64,000 bases of DNA from Auanema rhodensis (Eukaryota > Animalia > Nematoda): contig OZ059897.1 of assembly GCA_964057225.1 (NCBI GenBank), forward strand, positions 22,258,001-22,322,000, in the 5' to 3' direction. Each line of letters opens with the position of its first letter. Position 1 is the first letter of the stretch. A program made the position numbers and the translations under genes. The notes beneath the pieces are model-generated. The model was given only the letters and a program-made list of their open reading frames with translations. It did no database searches and was not told the origin of the DNA. This document shows positions 27,281 through 43,400 of the stretch, piece by piece.

Positions 27281-29920
27281 TAATTAAATGTACACGTGAT
27301 GTGCACTTGGTATGTAACTCGCTTCACGTGAAAGATAAAGAGATGCGGTTTTCAAAATTAGATTCCCCATGTCCATATTAGTCTAAAAACAAATTTTTAT
27401 TGATATTGGTGCATGGTAACCATGACTTTGAATTTTACGTGAACTTTAATTTATGCTAATTAAATGTACACGTGATGTGCACTTGGTATGTAACTCGCTT
27501 CACGTGAAAGATAAAGAGATGCGGTTTTCAATATTAGATTCCCCATGTCCATATTAGTCTAAAAACAAATTTTTATTGATATTGGTTCATGGTAACCATG
27601 ACTTTGAAATTTACGTGAACTTTAATTTATGCTAATTAAATGTACACGTGATGTGCACTTGGTATGTAACTCGCTTCACGTGAAAGATAAAGAGATGCGG
27701 TTTTCAAAATTAGATTCCCCATGTCCATATTAGTCTAAAAACAAATTTTTATTGATATTGGTGCATGGTAACCATGACTTTGAAATTTACGTGAACTTTA
27801 ATTTATGCTAATTAAATGTACACGTGATGTGCACTTGGTATGTAACTCGCTTCACGTGAAAGATAAAGAGATGCGGTTTTCAAAATTAGATTCCCCATGT
27901 CCATATTAGTCTAAAAACAAATTTTTATTGATATTGGTTCATGGTAACCATGACTTTGAAATTTACGTGAACTTTAATTTATGCTAATTAAATGTACACG
28001 TGATGTGCACTTGGTATGTAACTCGCTTCACGTGAAAGATAAAGAGATGCGGTTTTCAAAATTAGATTCCCCATGTCCATATTAGTCTAAAAACAAATTT
28101 TTATTGATATTGGTGCATGGTAACCATGACTTTGAAATTTACGTGAACTTTAATTTATGCTAATTAAATGTACACGTGATGTGCACTTGGTATGTAACTC
28201 GCTTCACGTGAAAGATGAAGAGATGCGGTTTTCAGAATTAGATTCCCCATGTCCATATTAGTCTAAAAACAAATTTTTATTGATATTGGTGCATGGTAAC
28301 CATGACTTTGAAATTTACGTGAACTTTAATTTATGCTAATTAAATGTACACGTGATGTGCACTTGGTATGTAACTCGCTTCACGTGAAAGATAAAAAGAT
28401 GCGGTTTTCAAAATTAGATTCCCCATGTCCATATTAGTCTAAAAACAAATTTTTATTGATATTGCTTCATGGTAACCATGACTTTGAAATTTACGTGAAC
28501 TTTAATTTATGCTAATTAAATGTACACGTGATGTGCACTTGGTATGTAACTCGCTTCACGTGAAAGATAAAGAGATGCGGTTTTCAAAATTAGATTCCCC
28601 ATGTCCATATTAGTCTAAAAACAAATTTTTATTGATATTGGTGCATGGTAACCATGACTTTGAATTTTACGTGAACTTTAATTTATGCTAATTAAATGTA
28701 CACGTGATGTGCACTTGGTATGTAACTCGCTTCACGTGAAAGATAAAGAGATGCGGTTTTCAATATTAGATTCCCCATGTCCATATTAGTCTAAAAACAA
28801 ATTTTTATTGATATTGGTTCATGGTAACCATGACTTTGAAATTTACGTGAACTTTAATTTATGCTAATTAAATGTACACGTGATGTGCACTTGGTATGTA
28901 ACTCGCTTCACGTGAAAGATAAAGAGATGCGGTTTTCAAAATTAGATTCCCCATGTCCATATTAGTCTAAAAACAAATTTTTATTGATATTGGTGCATGG
29001 TAACCATGACTTTGAAATTTACGTGAACTTCAATTTATGCTAATTAAATGTACACGTGATGTGCACTTGGTATGTAACTCGCTTCACGTGAAAGATAAAG
29101 AGATGCGGTTTTCAAAATTAGATTCCCCATGTCCATATTAGTCTAAAAACAAATTTTTATTGATATTGGTTCATGGTAACCATGACTTTGAAATTTACGT
29201 GAACTTTAATTTATGCTAATTAAATGTACACGTGATGTGCACTTGGTATGTAACTCGCTTCACGTGAAAGATAAAGAGATGCGGTTTTCAAAATTAGATT
29301 CCCCATGTCCATATTAGTCTAAAAACAAATTTTTATTGATATTGGTGCATGGTAACCATGACTTTGAAATTTACGTGAACTTTAATTTATGCTAATTAAA
29401 TGTACACGTGATGTGCACTTGGTATGTAACTCGCTTCACGTGAAAGATAAAGAGATGCGGTTTTCAAAATTAGATTCTCCATGTCCATATTAGTCTAAAA
29501 ACAAATTTTTATTGATATTGGTTCATGGTAACCATGACTTTGAAATTTACGTGAACTTTAATTTATGCTAATTAAATGTACACGTGATGTGCATTTGGTA
29601 TGTAACTCGCTTCACGTGAAAGATAAAGAGATGCGGTTTTCAAAATTAGATTCCCCATGTCCATATTAGTCTAAAAACAAATTTTTATTGATATTGGTGC
29701 ATGGTAACCATGACTTTGAAATTTACGTGAACTTTAATTTATGCTAATTAAATGTACACGTGATGTGCACTTGGTATGTAACTCGCTTCACGTGAAAGAT
29801 GAAGAGATGCGGTTTTCAGAATTAGATTCCCCATGTCCATATTAGTCTAAAAACAAATTTTTATTGATATTGGTGCATGGTAACCATGACTTTGAAATTT
29901 ACGTGAACTTTAATTTATGC
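27105..29920. repeat. 7-mer and 9-mer local HOR copies related to the distal part of the 27-mer
   Basis: The order 60a+C, G+153t, 76t, G, T, G ... 57g+75g occurs at M155-161 and M162-170. Confidence 0.75.
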
Positions 29921-32032
29921 TAATTAAATGTACACGTGATGTGCACTTGGTATGTAACTCGCTTCACGTGAAAGATAAAAAGATGCGGTTTTCAAAATTA
30001 GATTCCCCATGTCCATATTAGTCTAAAAACAAATTTTTATTGATATTGCTTCATGGTAACCATGACTTTGAAATTTACGTGAACTTTAATTTATGCTAAT
30101 TAAATGTACACGTGATGTGCACTTGGTATGTAACTCGCTTCATGTGAAAGATAAAGAGATGCGGTTTTCAAAATTAGATTCCCCATGTCCATATTAGTCT
30201 AAAAACAAATTTTTATTGATATTGGTTCATGGTAACCATGACTTTGAAATTTACGTGAACTTTAATTTATGCTAATTAAATGTACACGTGATGTGCACTT
30301 GGTATGTAACTCGCTTCACGTGAAAGATAAAGAGATGCGGTTTTCAAAATTAGATTCCCCATGTCCATATTAGTCTAAAAACAAATTTTTATTGATATTG
30401 GTGCATGGTAACCATGACTTTGAAATTTACGTGAACTTTAATTTATGCTAATTAAATGTACACGTGATGTGCACTAGGTATGTAACTCGCTTCACGTGAA
30501 AGATAAAGAGATGCGGTTTTCAAAATTAGATTCCCCATGTCCATATTAGTCTAAAAACAAATTTTTATTGATATTGGTGCATGGTAACCATGACTTTGAA
30601 ATTTACGTGAACTTTAATTTATGCTAATTAAATGTACACGTGATGTGCACTTGGTATGTAACTCGCTTCACGTGAAAGATAAAGAGATGCGGTTTTCAAA
30701 ATTAGATTCCTCATGTCCATATTAGTCTAAAAACAAATTTTTATTGATATTGGTTCATGGTAACCATGACTTTGAAATTTACGTGAACTTTAATTTATGC
30801 TAATTAAATGTACACGTGATGTGCACTTGGTATGTAACTCGCTTCACGTGAAAGATAAAAAGATGCGGTTTTCAAAATTAGATTCCCCATGTCCATATTA
30901 GTCTAAAAACAAATTTTTATTGATATTGCTTCATGGTAACCATGACTTTGAAATTTACGTGAACTTTAATTTATGCTAATTAAATGTACACGTGATGTGC
31001 ACTTGGTATGTAACTCGCTTCATGTGAAAGATAAAGAGATGCGGTTTTCAAAATTAGATTCCCCATGTCCATGTTAGTCTAAAAACAAATTTTTATTGAT
31101 ATTGGTTCATGGTAACCATGACTTTGAAATTTACGTGAACTTTAATTTATGCTAATTAAATGTACACGTGATGTGCACTTGGTATGTAACTCGCTTCACG
31201 TGAAAGATAAAGAGATGCGGTTTTCAAAATTAGATTCCCCATGTCCATATTAGTCTAAAAACAAATTTTTATTGATATTGGTGCATGGTAACCATGACTT
31301 TGAAATTTACGTGAACTTTAATTTATGCTAATTAAATGTACACGTGATGTGCACTTGGTATGTAACTCGCTTCACGTGAAAGATAAAGAGATGCGGTTTA
31401 CAAAATTAGATTCCCCATGTCCATATTAGTCTAAAAACAAATTTTTATTGATATTGGTTCATGGTAACCATGACTTTGAAATTTACGTGAACTTTAATTT
31501 ATGCTAATTAAATGTACACGTGATGTGCACTTGGTATGTAACTCGCTTCACGTGAAAGATAAAGAGATGCGGTTTTCAAAATTAGATTCCCCATGTCCAT
31601 ATTAGTCTAAAAACAACCTTTTATTGATATTGGTGCATGGTAACCATGACTTTGAAATTTACGTGAACTTTAATTTATGCTAATTAAATGTACACGTGAT
31701 GTGCACTAGGTATGTAACTCGCTTCACGTGAAAGATAAAGAGATGCGGTTTTCAAAATTAGATTCCCCATGTCCATATTAGTCTAAAAACAAATTTTTAT
31801 TGATATTGGTGCATGGTAACCATGACTTTGAAATTTACGTGAACTTTAATTTATGCTAATTAAATGTACACGTGATGTGCACTTGGTATGTAACTCGCTT
31901 CACGTGAAAGATAAAGAGATGCGGTTTTCAAAATTAGATTCCCCATGTCCATATTAGTCTAAAAACAAATTTTTATTGATATTGGTTCATGGTAACCATG
32001 ACTTTGAAATTTACGTGAACTTTAATTTATGC

Positions 32033-35000
32033 TAATTAAATGTACACGTGATGTGCACTTGGTATGTAACTCGCTTCACGTGAAAGATAAAAAGATGCGG
32101 TTTTCAAAATTAGATTCCCCATGTCCATATTAGTCTAAAAACAAATTTTTATTGATATTGCTTCATGGTAACCATGACTTTGAAATTTACGTGAACTTTA
32201 ATTTATGCTAATTAAATGTACACGTGATGTGCACTTGGTATGTAACTCGCTTCATGTGAAAGATAAAGAGATGCGGTTTTCAAAATTAGATTCCCCATGT
32301 CCATGTTAGTCTAAAAACAAATTTTTATTGATATTGGTTCATGGTAACCATGACTTTGAAATTTACGTGAACTTTAATTTATGCTAATTAAATGTACACG
32401 TGATGTGCACTTGGTATGTAACTCGCTTCACGTGAAAGATAAAGAGATGCGGTTTTCAAAATTAGATTCCCCATGTCCATATTAGTCTAAAAACAAATTT
32501 TTATTGATATTGGTGCATGGTAACCATGACTTTGAAATTTACGTGAACTTTAATTTATGCTAATTAAATGTACACGTGATGTGCACTTGGTATGTAACTC
32601 GCTTCACGTGAAAGATAAAGAGATGCGGTTTACAAAATTAGATTCCCCATGTCCATATTAGTCTAAAAACAAATTTTTATTGATATTGGTTCATGGTAAC
32701 CATGACTTTGAAATTTACGTGAACTTTAATTTATGCTAATTAAATGTACACGTGATGTGCACTTGGTATGTAACTCGCTTCACGTGAAAGATAAAGAGAT
32801 GCGGTTTTCAAAATTAGATTCCCCATGTCCATATTAGTCTAAAAACAAATTTTTATTGATATTGCTTCATGGTAACCATGACTTTGAAGTTTACGTGAAC
32901 TTTAATTTATGCTAATTAAATGTACACGTGATGTGCACTTGGTATGTAACTCGCTTCACGTGAAAGATAAAGAGATGCGGTTTTCAAAATTAGATTCCCC
33001 ATGTCCATATTAGTCTAAAAACAAATTTTTATTGATATTGGTTCATGGTAACCATGACTTTGAAATTTACGTGAACTTTAATTTATGCTAATTAAATGTA
33101 CACGTGATGTGCACTTGGTATGTAACTCGCTTCACGTGAAAGATAAAGAGATGCGGTTTTCAAAATTAGATTCCCCATGTCCATATTAGTCTAAAAACAA
33201 ATTTTTATTGATATTGGTTCATGGTAACCATGACTTTGAAATTTACGTGAACTTTAATTTATGCTAATTAAATGTACACGTGATGTGCACTCGGTATGTA
33301 ACTCGCTTCACGTGAAAGATAAAGAGATGCGGTTTTCAAAATTAGATTCCCCATGTCCATATTAGTCTAAAAACAAATTTTTATTGATATTGCTTCATGG
33401 TAACCATGACTTTGAAATTTACGTGAACTTTAATTTATGCTAATTAAATGTACACGTGATGTGCACTTGGTATGTAACTCGCTTCACGTGAAAGATAAAG
33501 AGATGCGGTTTTCAAAATTAGATTCCCCATGTCCATATTAGTCTAAAAACAAATTTTTATTGATATTGGTGCATGGTAACCATGACTTTGAAATTTACGT
33601 GAACTTTAATTTATGCTAATTAAATGTACACGTGATGTGCACTTGGTATGTAACTCGCTTCACGTGAAAGATAAAGAGATGCGGTTTTCAAAATTAGATT
33701 CCCCATGTCCATATTAGTCTAAAAACAAATTTTTATTGATATTGGTGCATGGTAACCATGACTTTGAAATTTACGTGAACTTTAATTTATGCTAATTAAA
33801 TGTACACGTGATGTGCACTTGGTATGTAACTCGCTTCACGTGAAAGATAAAGAGATGCGGTTTTCAAAATTAGATTCCCCATGTCCATATTAGTCTAAAA
33901 ACAAATTTTTATTGATATTGGTTCATGGTAACCATGACTTTGAAATTTACGTGAACTTTAATTTATGCTAATTAAATGTACACGTGATGTGCACTTGGTA
34001 TGTAACTCGCTTCACGTGAAAGATAAAAAGATGCGGTTTTCAAAATTAGATTCCCCATGTCCATATTAGTCTAAAAACAAATTTTTATTGATATTGCTTC
34101 ATGGTAACCATGACTTTGAAATTTACGTGAACTTTAATTTATGCTAATTAAATGTACACGTGATGTGCACTTGGTATGTAACTCGCTTCATGTGAAAGAT
34201 AAAGAGATGCGGTTTTCAAAATTAGATTCCCCATGTCCATGTTAGTCTAAAAACAAATTTTTATTGATATTGGTTCATGGTAACCATGACTTTGAAATTT
34301 ACGTGAACTTTAATTTATGCTAATTAAATGTACACGTGATGTGCACTTGGTATGTAACTCGCTTCACGTGAAAGATAAAGAGATGCGGTTTTCAAAATTA
34401 GATTCCCCATGTCCATATTAGTCTAAAAACAAATTTTTATTGATATTGGTGCATGGTAACCATGACTTTGAAATTTACGTGAACTTTAATTTATGCTAAT
34501 TAAATGTACACGTGATGTGCACTTGGTATGTAACTCGCTTCACGTGAAAGATAAAGAGATGCGGTTTACAAAATTAGATTCCCCATGTCCATATTAGTCT
34601 AAAAACAAATTTTTATTGATATTGGTTCATGGTAACCATGACTTTGAAATTTACGTGAACTTTAATTTATGCTAATTAAATGTACACGTGATGTGCACTT
34701 GGTATGTAACTCGCTTCACGTGAAAGATAAAGAGATGCGGTTTTCAAAATTAGATTCCCCATGTCCATATTAGTCTAAAAACAAATTTTTATTGATATTG
34801 CTTCATGGTAACCATGACTTTGAAGTTTACGTGAACTTTAATTTATGCTAATTAAATGTACACGTGATGTGCACTTGGTATGTAACTCGCTTCACGTGAA
34901 AGATAAAGAGATGCGGTTTTCAAAATTAGATTCCCCATGTCCATATTAGTCTAAAAACAAATTTTTATTGATATTGGTTCATGGTAACCATGACTTTGAA

Positions 35001-37136
35001 ATTTACGTGAACTTTAATTTATGCTAATTAAATGTACACGTGATGTGCACTTGGTATGTAACTCGCTTCACGTGAAAGATAAAGAGATGCGGTTTTCAAA
35101 ATTAGATTCCCCATGTCCATATTAGTCTAAAAACAAATTTTTATTGATATTGGTTCATGGTAACCATGACTTTGAAATTTACGTGAACTTTAATTTATGC
35201 TAATTAAATGTACACGTGATGTGCACTTGGTATGTAACTCGCTTCACGTGAAAGATAAAGAGATGCGGTTTTCAAAATTAGATTCCCCATGTCCATATTA
35301 GTCTAAAAACAAATTTTTATTGATATTGGTTCATGGTAACCATGACTTTGAAATTTACGTGAACTTTAATTTATGCTAATTAAATGTACACGTGATGTGC
35401 ACTCGGTATGTAACTCGCTTCACGTGAAAGATAAAGAGATGCGGTTTTCAAAATTAGATTCCCCATGTCCATATTAGTCTAAAAACAAATTTTTATTGAT
35501 ATTGCTTCATGGTAACCATGACTTTGAAATTTACGTGAACTTTAATTTATGCTAATTAAATGTACACGTGATGTGCACTTGGTATGTAACTCGCTTCACG
35601 TGAAAGATAAAGAGATGCGGTTTTCAAAATTAGATTCCCCATGTCCATATTAGTCTAAAAACAAATTTTTATTGATATTGGTGCATGGTAACCATGACTT
35701 TGAAATTTACGTGAACTTTAATTTATGCTAATTAAATGTACACGTGATGTGCACTTGGTATGTAACTCGCTTCACGTGAAAGATAAAGAGATGCGGTTTT
35801 CAAAATTAGATTCCCCATGTCCATATTAGTCTAAAAACAAATTTTTATTGATATTGGTGCATGGTAACCATGACTTTGAAATTTACGTGAACTTTAATTT
35901 ATGCTAATTAAATGTACACGTGATGTGCACTTGGTATGTAACTCGCTTCACGTGAAAGATAAAGAGATGCGGTTTTCAAAATTAGATTCCCCATGTCCAT
36001 ATTAGTCTAAAAACAAATTTTTATTGATATTGGTTCATGGTAACCATGACTTTGAAATTTACGTGAACTTTAATTTATGCTAATTAAATGTACACGTGAT
36101 GTGCACTTGGTATGTAACTCGCTTCACGTGAAAGATAAAAAGATGCGGTTTTCAAAATTAGATTCCCCATGTCCATATTAGTCTAAAAACAAATTTTTAT
36201 TGATATTGCTTCATGGTAACCATGACTTTGAAATTTACGTGAACTTTAATTTATGCTAATTAAATGTACACGTGATGTGCACTTGGTATGTAACTCGCTT
36301 CATGTGAAAGATAAAGAGATGCGGTTTTCAAAATTAGATTCCCCATGTCCATGTTAGTCTAAAAACAAATTTTTATTGATATTGGTTCATGGTAACCATG
36401 ACTTTGAAATTTACGTGAACTTTAATTTATGCTAATTAAATGTACACGTGATGTGCACTTGGTATGTAACTCGCTTCACGTGAAAGATAAAGAGATGCGG
36501 TTTTCAAAATTAGATTCCCCATGTCCATATTAGTCTAAAAACAAATTTTTATTGATATTGGTGCATGGTAACCATGACTTTGAAATTTACGTGAACTTTA
36601 ATTTATGCTAATTAAATGTACACGTGATGTGCACTTGGTATGTAACTCGCTTCACGTGAAAGATAAAGAGATGCGGTTTACAAAATTAGATTCCCCATGT
36701 CCATATTAGTCTAAAAACAAATTTTTATTGATATTGGTTCATGGTAACCATGACTTTGAAATTTACGTGAACTTTAATTTATGCTAATTAAATGTACACG
36801 TGATGTGCACTTGGTATGTAACTCGCTTCACGTGAAAGATAAAGAGATGCGGTTTTCAAAATTAGATTCCCCATGTCCATATTAGTCTAAAAACAAATTT
36901 TTATTGATATTGCTTCATGGTAACCATGACTTTGAAGTTTACGTGAACTTTAATTTATGCTAATTAAATGTACACGTGATGTGCACTTGGTATGTAACTC
37001 GCTTCACGTGAAAGATAAAGAGATGCGGTTTTCAAAATTAGATTCCCCATGTCCATATTAGTCTAAAAACAAATTTTTATTGATATTGGTTCATGGTAAC
37101 CATGACTTTGAAGTTTACGTGAACTTTAATTTATGC
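32033..37136. repeat. HOR family A: 11-mer (32033-33968), 12-mer (33969-36080), truncated copy (36081-37136)
   Basis: The order is 60a+C, 47t+97g, G, 72a, C+153g, T, T, (T), 28c+C, G, G, T. A shorter related 7-mer precedes it at 30801-32032. Confidence 0.85.
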
Positions 37137-37311
37137 TAATTAAATGTACACGTGATGTGCACTTGGTATGTAACTCGCTTCACGTGAAAGATAAATGATG
37201 CGGTTTTCAAAATTAGATTCCCCATGTCCATATTAGTCTATAAACAAATTTTTATTGATATTGGTTCATGGTAACCATGACTTTGAAATTTACGTGAACT
37301 TTAATTTATGC
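37137..37311. repeat. 175-bp monomer variant (GA>T at monomer 60-61, plus 106t)
   Basis: GATAAATGATGCGG instead of GATAAAGAGATGCGG (T at 37196), and CTATAAAC (T at 37241). Confidence 0.95.
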
Positions 37312-37487
37312 TAATTAAATGTACACGTGATGTGCACTTGGTATGTAACTCGCTTCACGTGAAAGATAAAGAGATGCGGTTTTCAAAATTAGATTTCCCA
37401 TGTCCATATTAGTCTAAAAACAAATTTTTATTGATATTGGTTCATGGTAACCATGACTTTGAAATTTACGTGAACTTTAATTTATGC

Positions 37488-40400
37488 TAATTAAATGTAC
37501 ACGTGATGTGCACTTGGTATGTAACTCGCTTCACGTGAAAGATAAAGAGATGCGGTTTTCAAAATTAGATTCCCCATGTCCATATTAGTCTAAAAACAAA
37601 TTTTTATTGATATTGCTTCATGGTAACCATGACTTTGAAATTTACGAGAACTTTAATTTATGCTAATTAAATGTACACGTGATGTGCACTTGGTATGTAA
37701 CTCGCTTCACGTGAAAGATAAAGAGATGCGGTTTTCAAAATTAGATTCCCCATGTCCATATTAGTCTAAAAACAAATTTTTATTGATATTAGTTCATGGT
37801 AACCATGACTTTGAAATTTACGTGAACTTTAATTTATGTTAATTAAATGTACACGTGATGTGCACTTGGTATGTAACTCGCTTCACGTGAAAGATAAAGA
37901 GATGCGGTTTTCAAAATTAGATTCCCCATGTCCATATTAGTCTAAAAACAAATTTTTATTGATATTGGTGCATGGTAACCATGACTTTGAAATTAACGTG
38001 AACTTTAATTTATGCTAATTAAATGTACACGTGATGTGCACTTGGTATGTAACTCGCTTCACGTGAAAGATAAAGAGATGCGGTTTTCAAAATTAGATTC
38101 CCCATGTCCATATTAGTCTAAAAACAAATTTTTATTGATATTGGTTCATGGTAACCATGACTTTGAAATTTACGTGAACTTTAATTTATGCTAATTAAAT
38201 GTACACGTGATGTGCACTTGGTATGTAACTCGCTTCACGTGAAAGATGAAGAGATGCGGTTTTCAAAATTAGATTCCCCATGTCCATATTAGTCTAAAAA
38301 CAAATTTTTATTGATATTGCTTCATGGTAATCATGACTTTGAAGTTTACGTGAACTTTAATTTATGCTAATTAAATGTACACGTGATGTGCACTTGGTAT
38401 GTAACTCGCTTCACGTGAAAGATAAAGAGATGCGGTTTTCAAAATTAGATTCCCCATGTCCATGTTAGTCTAAAAACAAATTTTTATTGATATTGGTTCA
38501 TGGTAACCATGACTTTGAAATTTACGTGAACTTTAATTTATGCTAATTAAATGTACACGTGATGTGCACTTGGTATGTAACTCGCTTCACGTGAAAGATA
38601 AAGAGATGCGGTTTTCAAAATTAGATTCCCCATGTCCATATTAGTCTAAAAACAAATTTTTATTGATATTGGTGCATGGTAACCATGACTTTGAAATTTA
38701 CGTGAACTTTAATTTATGCTAATTAAATGTACACGTGATGTGCACTTGGTATGTAACTCGCTTCACGTGAAAGATAAAGAAATGCGGTTTTCAAAATTAG
38801 ATTCCCCATGTCCATATTAGTCTAAAAACAAATTTTTATTGATATTGGTTCATGGTAACCATGACTTTGAAATTTACGTGAACTTTAATTTATGCTAATT
38901 AAATGTACACGTGATGTGCACTTGGTATGTAACTCGCTTCACGTGAAAGATAAAGAGATGCGGTTTTCAAAATTAGATTCCCCATGTCCATATTAGTCTA
39001 AAAACAAATTTTTATTGATATTGGTTCATGGTAACCATGACTTTGAAATTTACGTGAACTTTAATTTATGCTAATTAAATGTACACGTGATGTGCACTTG
39101 GTATGTAACTCGCTTCACGTGAAAGATAAAGAGATGCAGTTTTCAAAATTAGATTCCCCATGTCCATATTAGTCTAAAAACAAATTTTTATTGATATTGG
39201 TTCATGGTAACCATGACTTTGAAATTTACGTGAACTTTAATTTATGCTAATTAAATGTACACGTGATGTGCACTTGGTATGTAACTCGCTTCACGTGAAA
39301 GATAAAGAGATGCGGTTTTCAAAATTAGATTCCCCATGTCCATATTAGTCTAAAAACAACCTTTTATTGATATTGGTGCATGGTAACCATGACTTTGAAA
39401 TTTACGTGAACTTTAATTTATGCTAATTAAATGTACACGTGATGTGCACTAGGTATGTAACTCGCTTCACGTGAAAGATAAAGAGATGCGGTTTTCAAAA
39501 TTAGATTCCCCATGTCCATATTAGTCTAAAAACAAATTTTTATTGATATTGGTGCATGGTAACCATGACTTTGAAATTTACGTGAACTTTAATTTATGCT
39601 AATTAAATGTACACGTGATGTGCACTTGGTATGTAACTCGCTTCACGTGAAAGATAAAGAGATGCGGTTTTCAAAATTAGATTCCCCATGTCCATATTAG
39701 TCTAAAAACAAATTTTTATTGATATTGGTTCATGGTAACCATGACTTTGAAATTTACGTGAACTTTAATTTATGCTAATTAAATGTACACGTGATGTGCA
39801 CTTGGTATGTAACTCGCTTCACGTGAAAGATAAAAAGATACGGTTTTCAAAATTAGATTCCCCATGTCCATATTAGTCTAAAAACAAATTTTTATTGATA
39901 TTGCTTCATGGTAACCATGACTTTGAAATTTACGTGAACTTTAATTTATGCTAATTAAATGTACACGTGATGTGCACTTGGTATGTAACTCGCTTCATGT
40001 GAAAGATAAAGAGATGCGGTTTTCAAAATTAGATTCCCCATGTCCATGTTAGTCTAAAAACAAATTTTTATTGATATTGGTTCATGGTAACCATGACTTT
40101 GAAATTTACGTGAACTTTAATTTATGCTAATTAAATGTACACGTGATGTGCACTTGGTATGTAACTCGCTTCACGTGAAAGATAAAGAGATGCGGTTTTC
40201 AAAATTAGATTCCCCATGTCCATATTAGTCTAAAAACAAATTTTTATTGATATTGGTGCATGGTAACCATGACTTTGAAATTTACGTGAACTTTAATTTA
40301 TGCTAATTAAATGTACACGTGATGTGCACTTGGTATGTAACTCGCTTCACGTGAAAGATAAAGAGATGCGGTTTACAAAATTAGATTCCCCATGTCCATA

Positions 40401-43400
40401 TTAGTCTAAAAACAAATTTTTATTGATATTGGTTCATGGTAACCATGACTTTGAAATTTACGTGAACTTTAATTTATGCTAATTAAATGTACACGTGATG
40501 TGCACTTGGTATGTAACTCGCTTCACGTGAAAGATAAAGAGATGCGGTTTTCAAAATTAGATTCCCCATGTCCATATTAGTCTAAAAACAAATTTTTATT
40601 GATATTGCTTCATGGTAACCATGACTTTGAAGTTTACGTGAACTTTAATTTATGCTAATTAAATGTACACGTGATGTGCACTTGGTATGTAACTCGCTTC
40701 ACGTGAAAGATAAAGAGATGCGGTTTTCAAAATTAGATTCCCCATGTCCATATTAGTCTAAAAACAAATTTTTATTGATATTGGTTCATGGTAACCATGA
40801 CTTTGAAATTTACGTGAACTTTAATTTATGCTAATTAAATGTACACGTGATGTGCACTTGGTATGTAACTCGCTTCACGTGAAAGATAAAGAGATGCGGT
40901 TTTCAAAATTAGATTCCCCATGTCCATATTAGTCTAAAAACAAATTTTTATTGATATTGGTTCATGGTAACCATGACTTTGAAATTTACGTGAACTTTAA
41001 TTTATGCTAATTAAATGTACACGTGATGTGCACTCGGTATGTAACTCGCTTCACGTGAAAGATAAAGAGATGCGGTTTTCAAAATTAGATTCCCCATGTC
41101 CATATTAGTCTAAAAACAAATTTTTATTGATATTGCTTCATGGTAACCATGACTTTGAAATTTACGTGAACTTTAATTTATGCTAATTAAATGTACACGT
41201 GATGTGCACTTGGTATGTAACTCGCTTCACGTGAAAGATAAAGAGATGCGGTTTTCAAAATTAGATTTCCCATGTCCATATTAGTCTAAAAACAAATTTT
41301 TATTGATATTGGTTCATGGTAACCATGACTTTGAAATTTACGTGAACTTTAATTTATGCTAATTAAATGTACACGTGATGTGCACTTGGTATGTAACTCG
41401 CTTCACGTGAAAGATAAAGAGATGCGGTTTTCAAAATTAGATTCCCCATGTCCATATTAGTCTAAAAACAAATTTTTATTGATATTGCTTCATGGTAACC
41501 ATGACTTTGAAATTTACGAGAACTTTAATTTATGCTAATTAAATGTACACGTGATGTGCACTTGGTATGTAACTCGCTTCACGTGAAAGATAAAGAGATG
41601 CGGTTTTCAAAATTAGATTCCCCATGTCCATATTAGTCTAAAAACAAATTTTTATTGATATTGGTGCATGGTAACCATGACTTTGAAATTAACGTGAACT
41701 TTAATTTATGCTAATTAAATGTACACGTGATGTGCACTTGGTATGTAACTCGCTTCACGTGAAAGATAAAGAGATGCGGTTTTCAAAATTAGATTCCCCA
41801 TGTCCATATTAGTCTAAAAACAAATTTTTATTGATATTGGTTCATGGTAACCATGACTTTGAAATTTACGTGAACTTTAATTTATGCTAATTAAATGTAC
41901 ACGTGATGTGCACTTGGTATGTAACTCGCTTCACGTGAAAGATGAAGAGATGCGGTTTTCAAAATTAGATTCCCCATGTCCATATTAGTCTAAAAACAAA
42001 TTTTTATTGATATTGCTTCATGGTAATCATGACTTTGAAGTTTACGTGAACTTTAATTTATGCTAATTAAATGTACACGTGATGTGCACTTGGTATGTAA
42101 CTCGCTTCACGTGAAAGATAAAGAGATGCGGTTTTCAAAATTAGATTCCCCATGTCCATATTAGTCTAAAAACAAATTTTTATTGATATTGGTTCATGGT
42201 AACCATGACTTTGAAATTTACGTGAACTTTAATTTATGCTAATTAAATGTACACGTGATGTGCACTTGGTATGTAACTCGCTTCACGTGAAAGATAAAGA
42301 GATGCGGTTTTCAAAATTAGATTCCCCATGTCCATATTAGTCTAAAAACAAATTTTTATTGATATTGGTGCATGGTAACCATGACTTTGAAATTTACGTG
42401 AACTTTAATTTATGCTAATTAAATGTACACGTGATGTGCACTTGGTATGTAACTCGCTTCACGTGAAAGATAAAGAAATGCGGTTTTCAAAATTAGATTC
42501 CCCATGTCCATATTAGTCTAAAAACAAATTTTTATTGATATTGGTTCATGGTAACCATGACTTTGAAATTTACGTGAACTTTAATTTATGCTAATTAAAT
42601 GTACACGTGATGTGCACTTGGTATGTAACTCGCTTCACGTGAAAGATAAAGAGATGCGGTTTTCAAAATTAGATTCCCCATGTCCATATTAGTCTAAAAA
42701 CAAATTTTTATTGATATTGGTTCATGGTAACCATGACTTTGAAATTTACGTGAACTTTAATTTATGCTAATTAAATGTACACGTGATGTGCACTTGGTAT
42801 GTAACTCGCTTCACGTGAAAGATAAAGAGATGCAGTTTTCAAAATTAGATTCCCCATGTCCATATTAGTCTAAAAACAAATTTTTATTGATATTGGTTCA
42901 TGGTAACCATGACTTTGAAATTTACGTGAACTTTAATTTATGCTAATTAAATGTACACGTGATGTGCACTTGGTATGTAACTCGCTTCACGTGAAAGATA
43001 AAGAGATGCGGTTTTCAAAATTAGATTCCCCATGTCCATATTAGTCTAAAAACAAATTTTTATTGATATTGGTGCATGGTAACCATGACTTTGAAATTTA
43101 CGTGAACTTTAATTTATGCTAATTAAATGTACACGTGATGTGCACTTGGTATGTAACTCGCTTCACGTGAAAGATAAAGAAATGCGGTTTTCAAAATTAG
43201 ATTCCCCATGTCCATATTAGTCTAAAAACAAATTTTTATTGATATTGGTTCATGGTAACCATGACTTTGAAATTTACGTGAACTTTAATTTATGCTAATT
43301 AAATGTACACGTGATGTGCACTTGGTATGTAACTCGCTTCACGTGAAAGATAAAGAGATGCGGTTTTCAAAATTAGATTCCCCATGTCCATATTAGTCTA

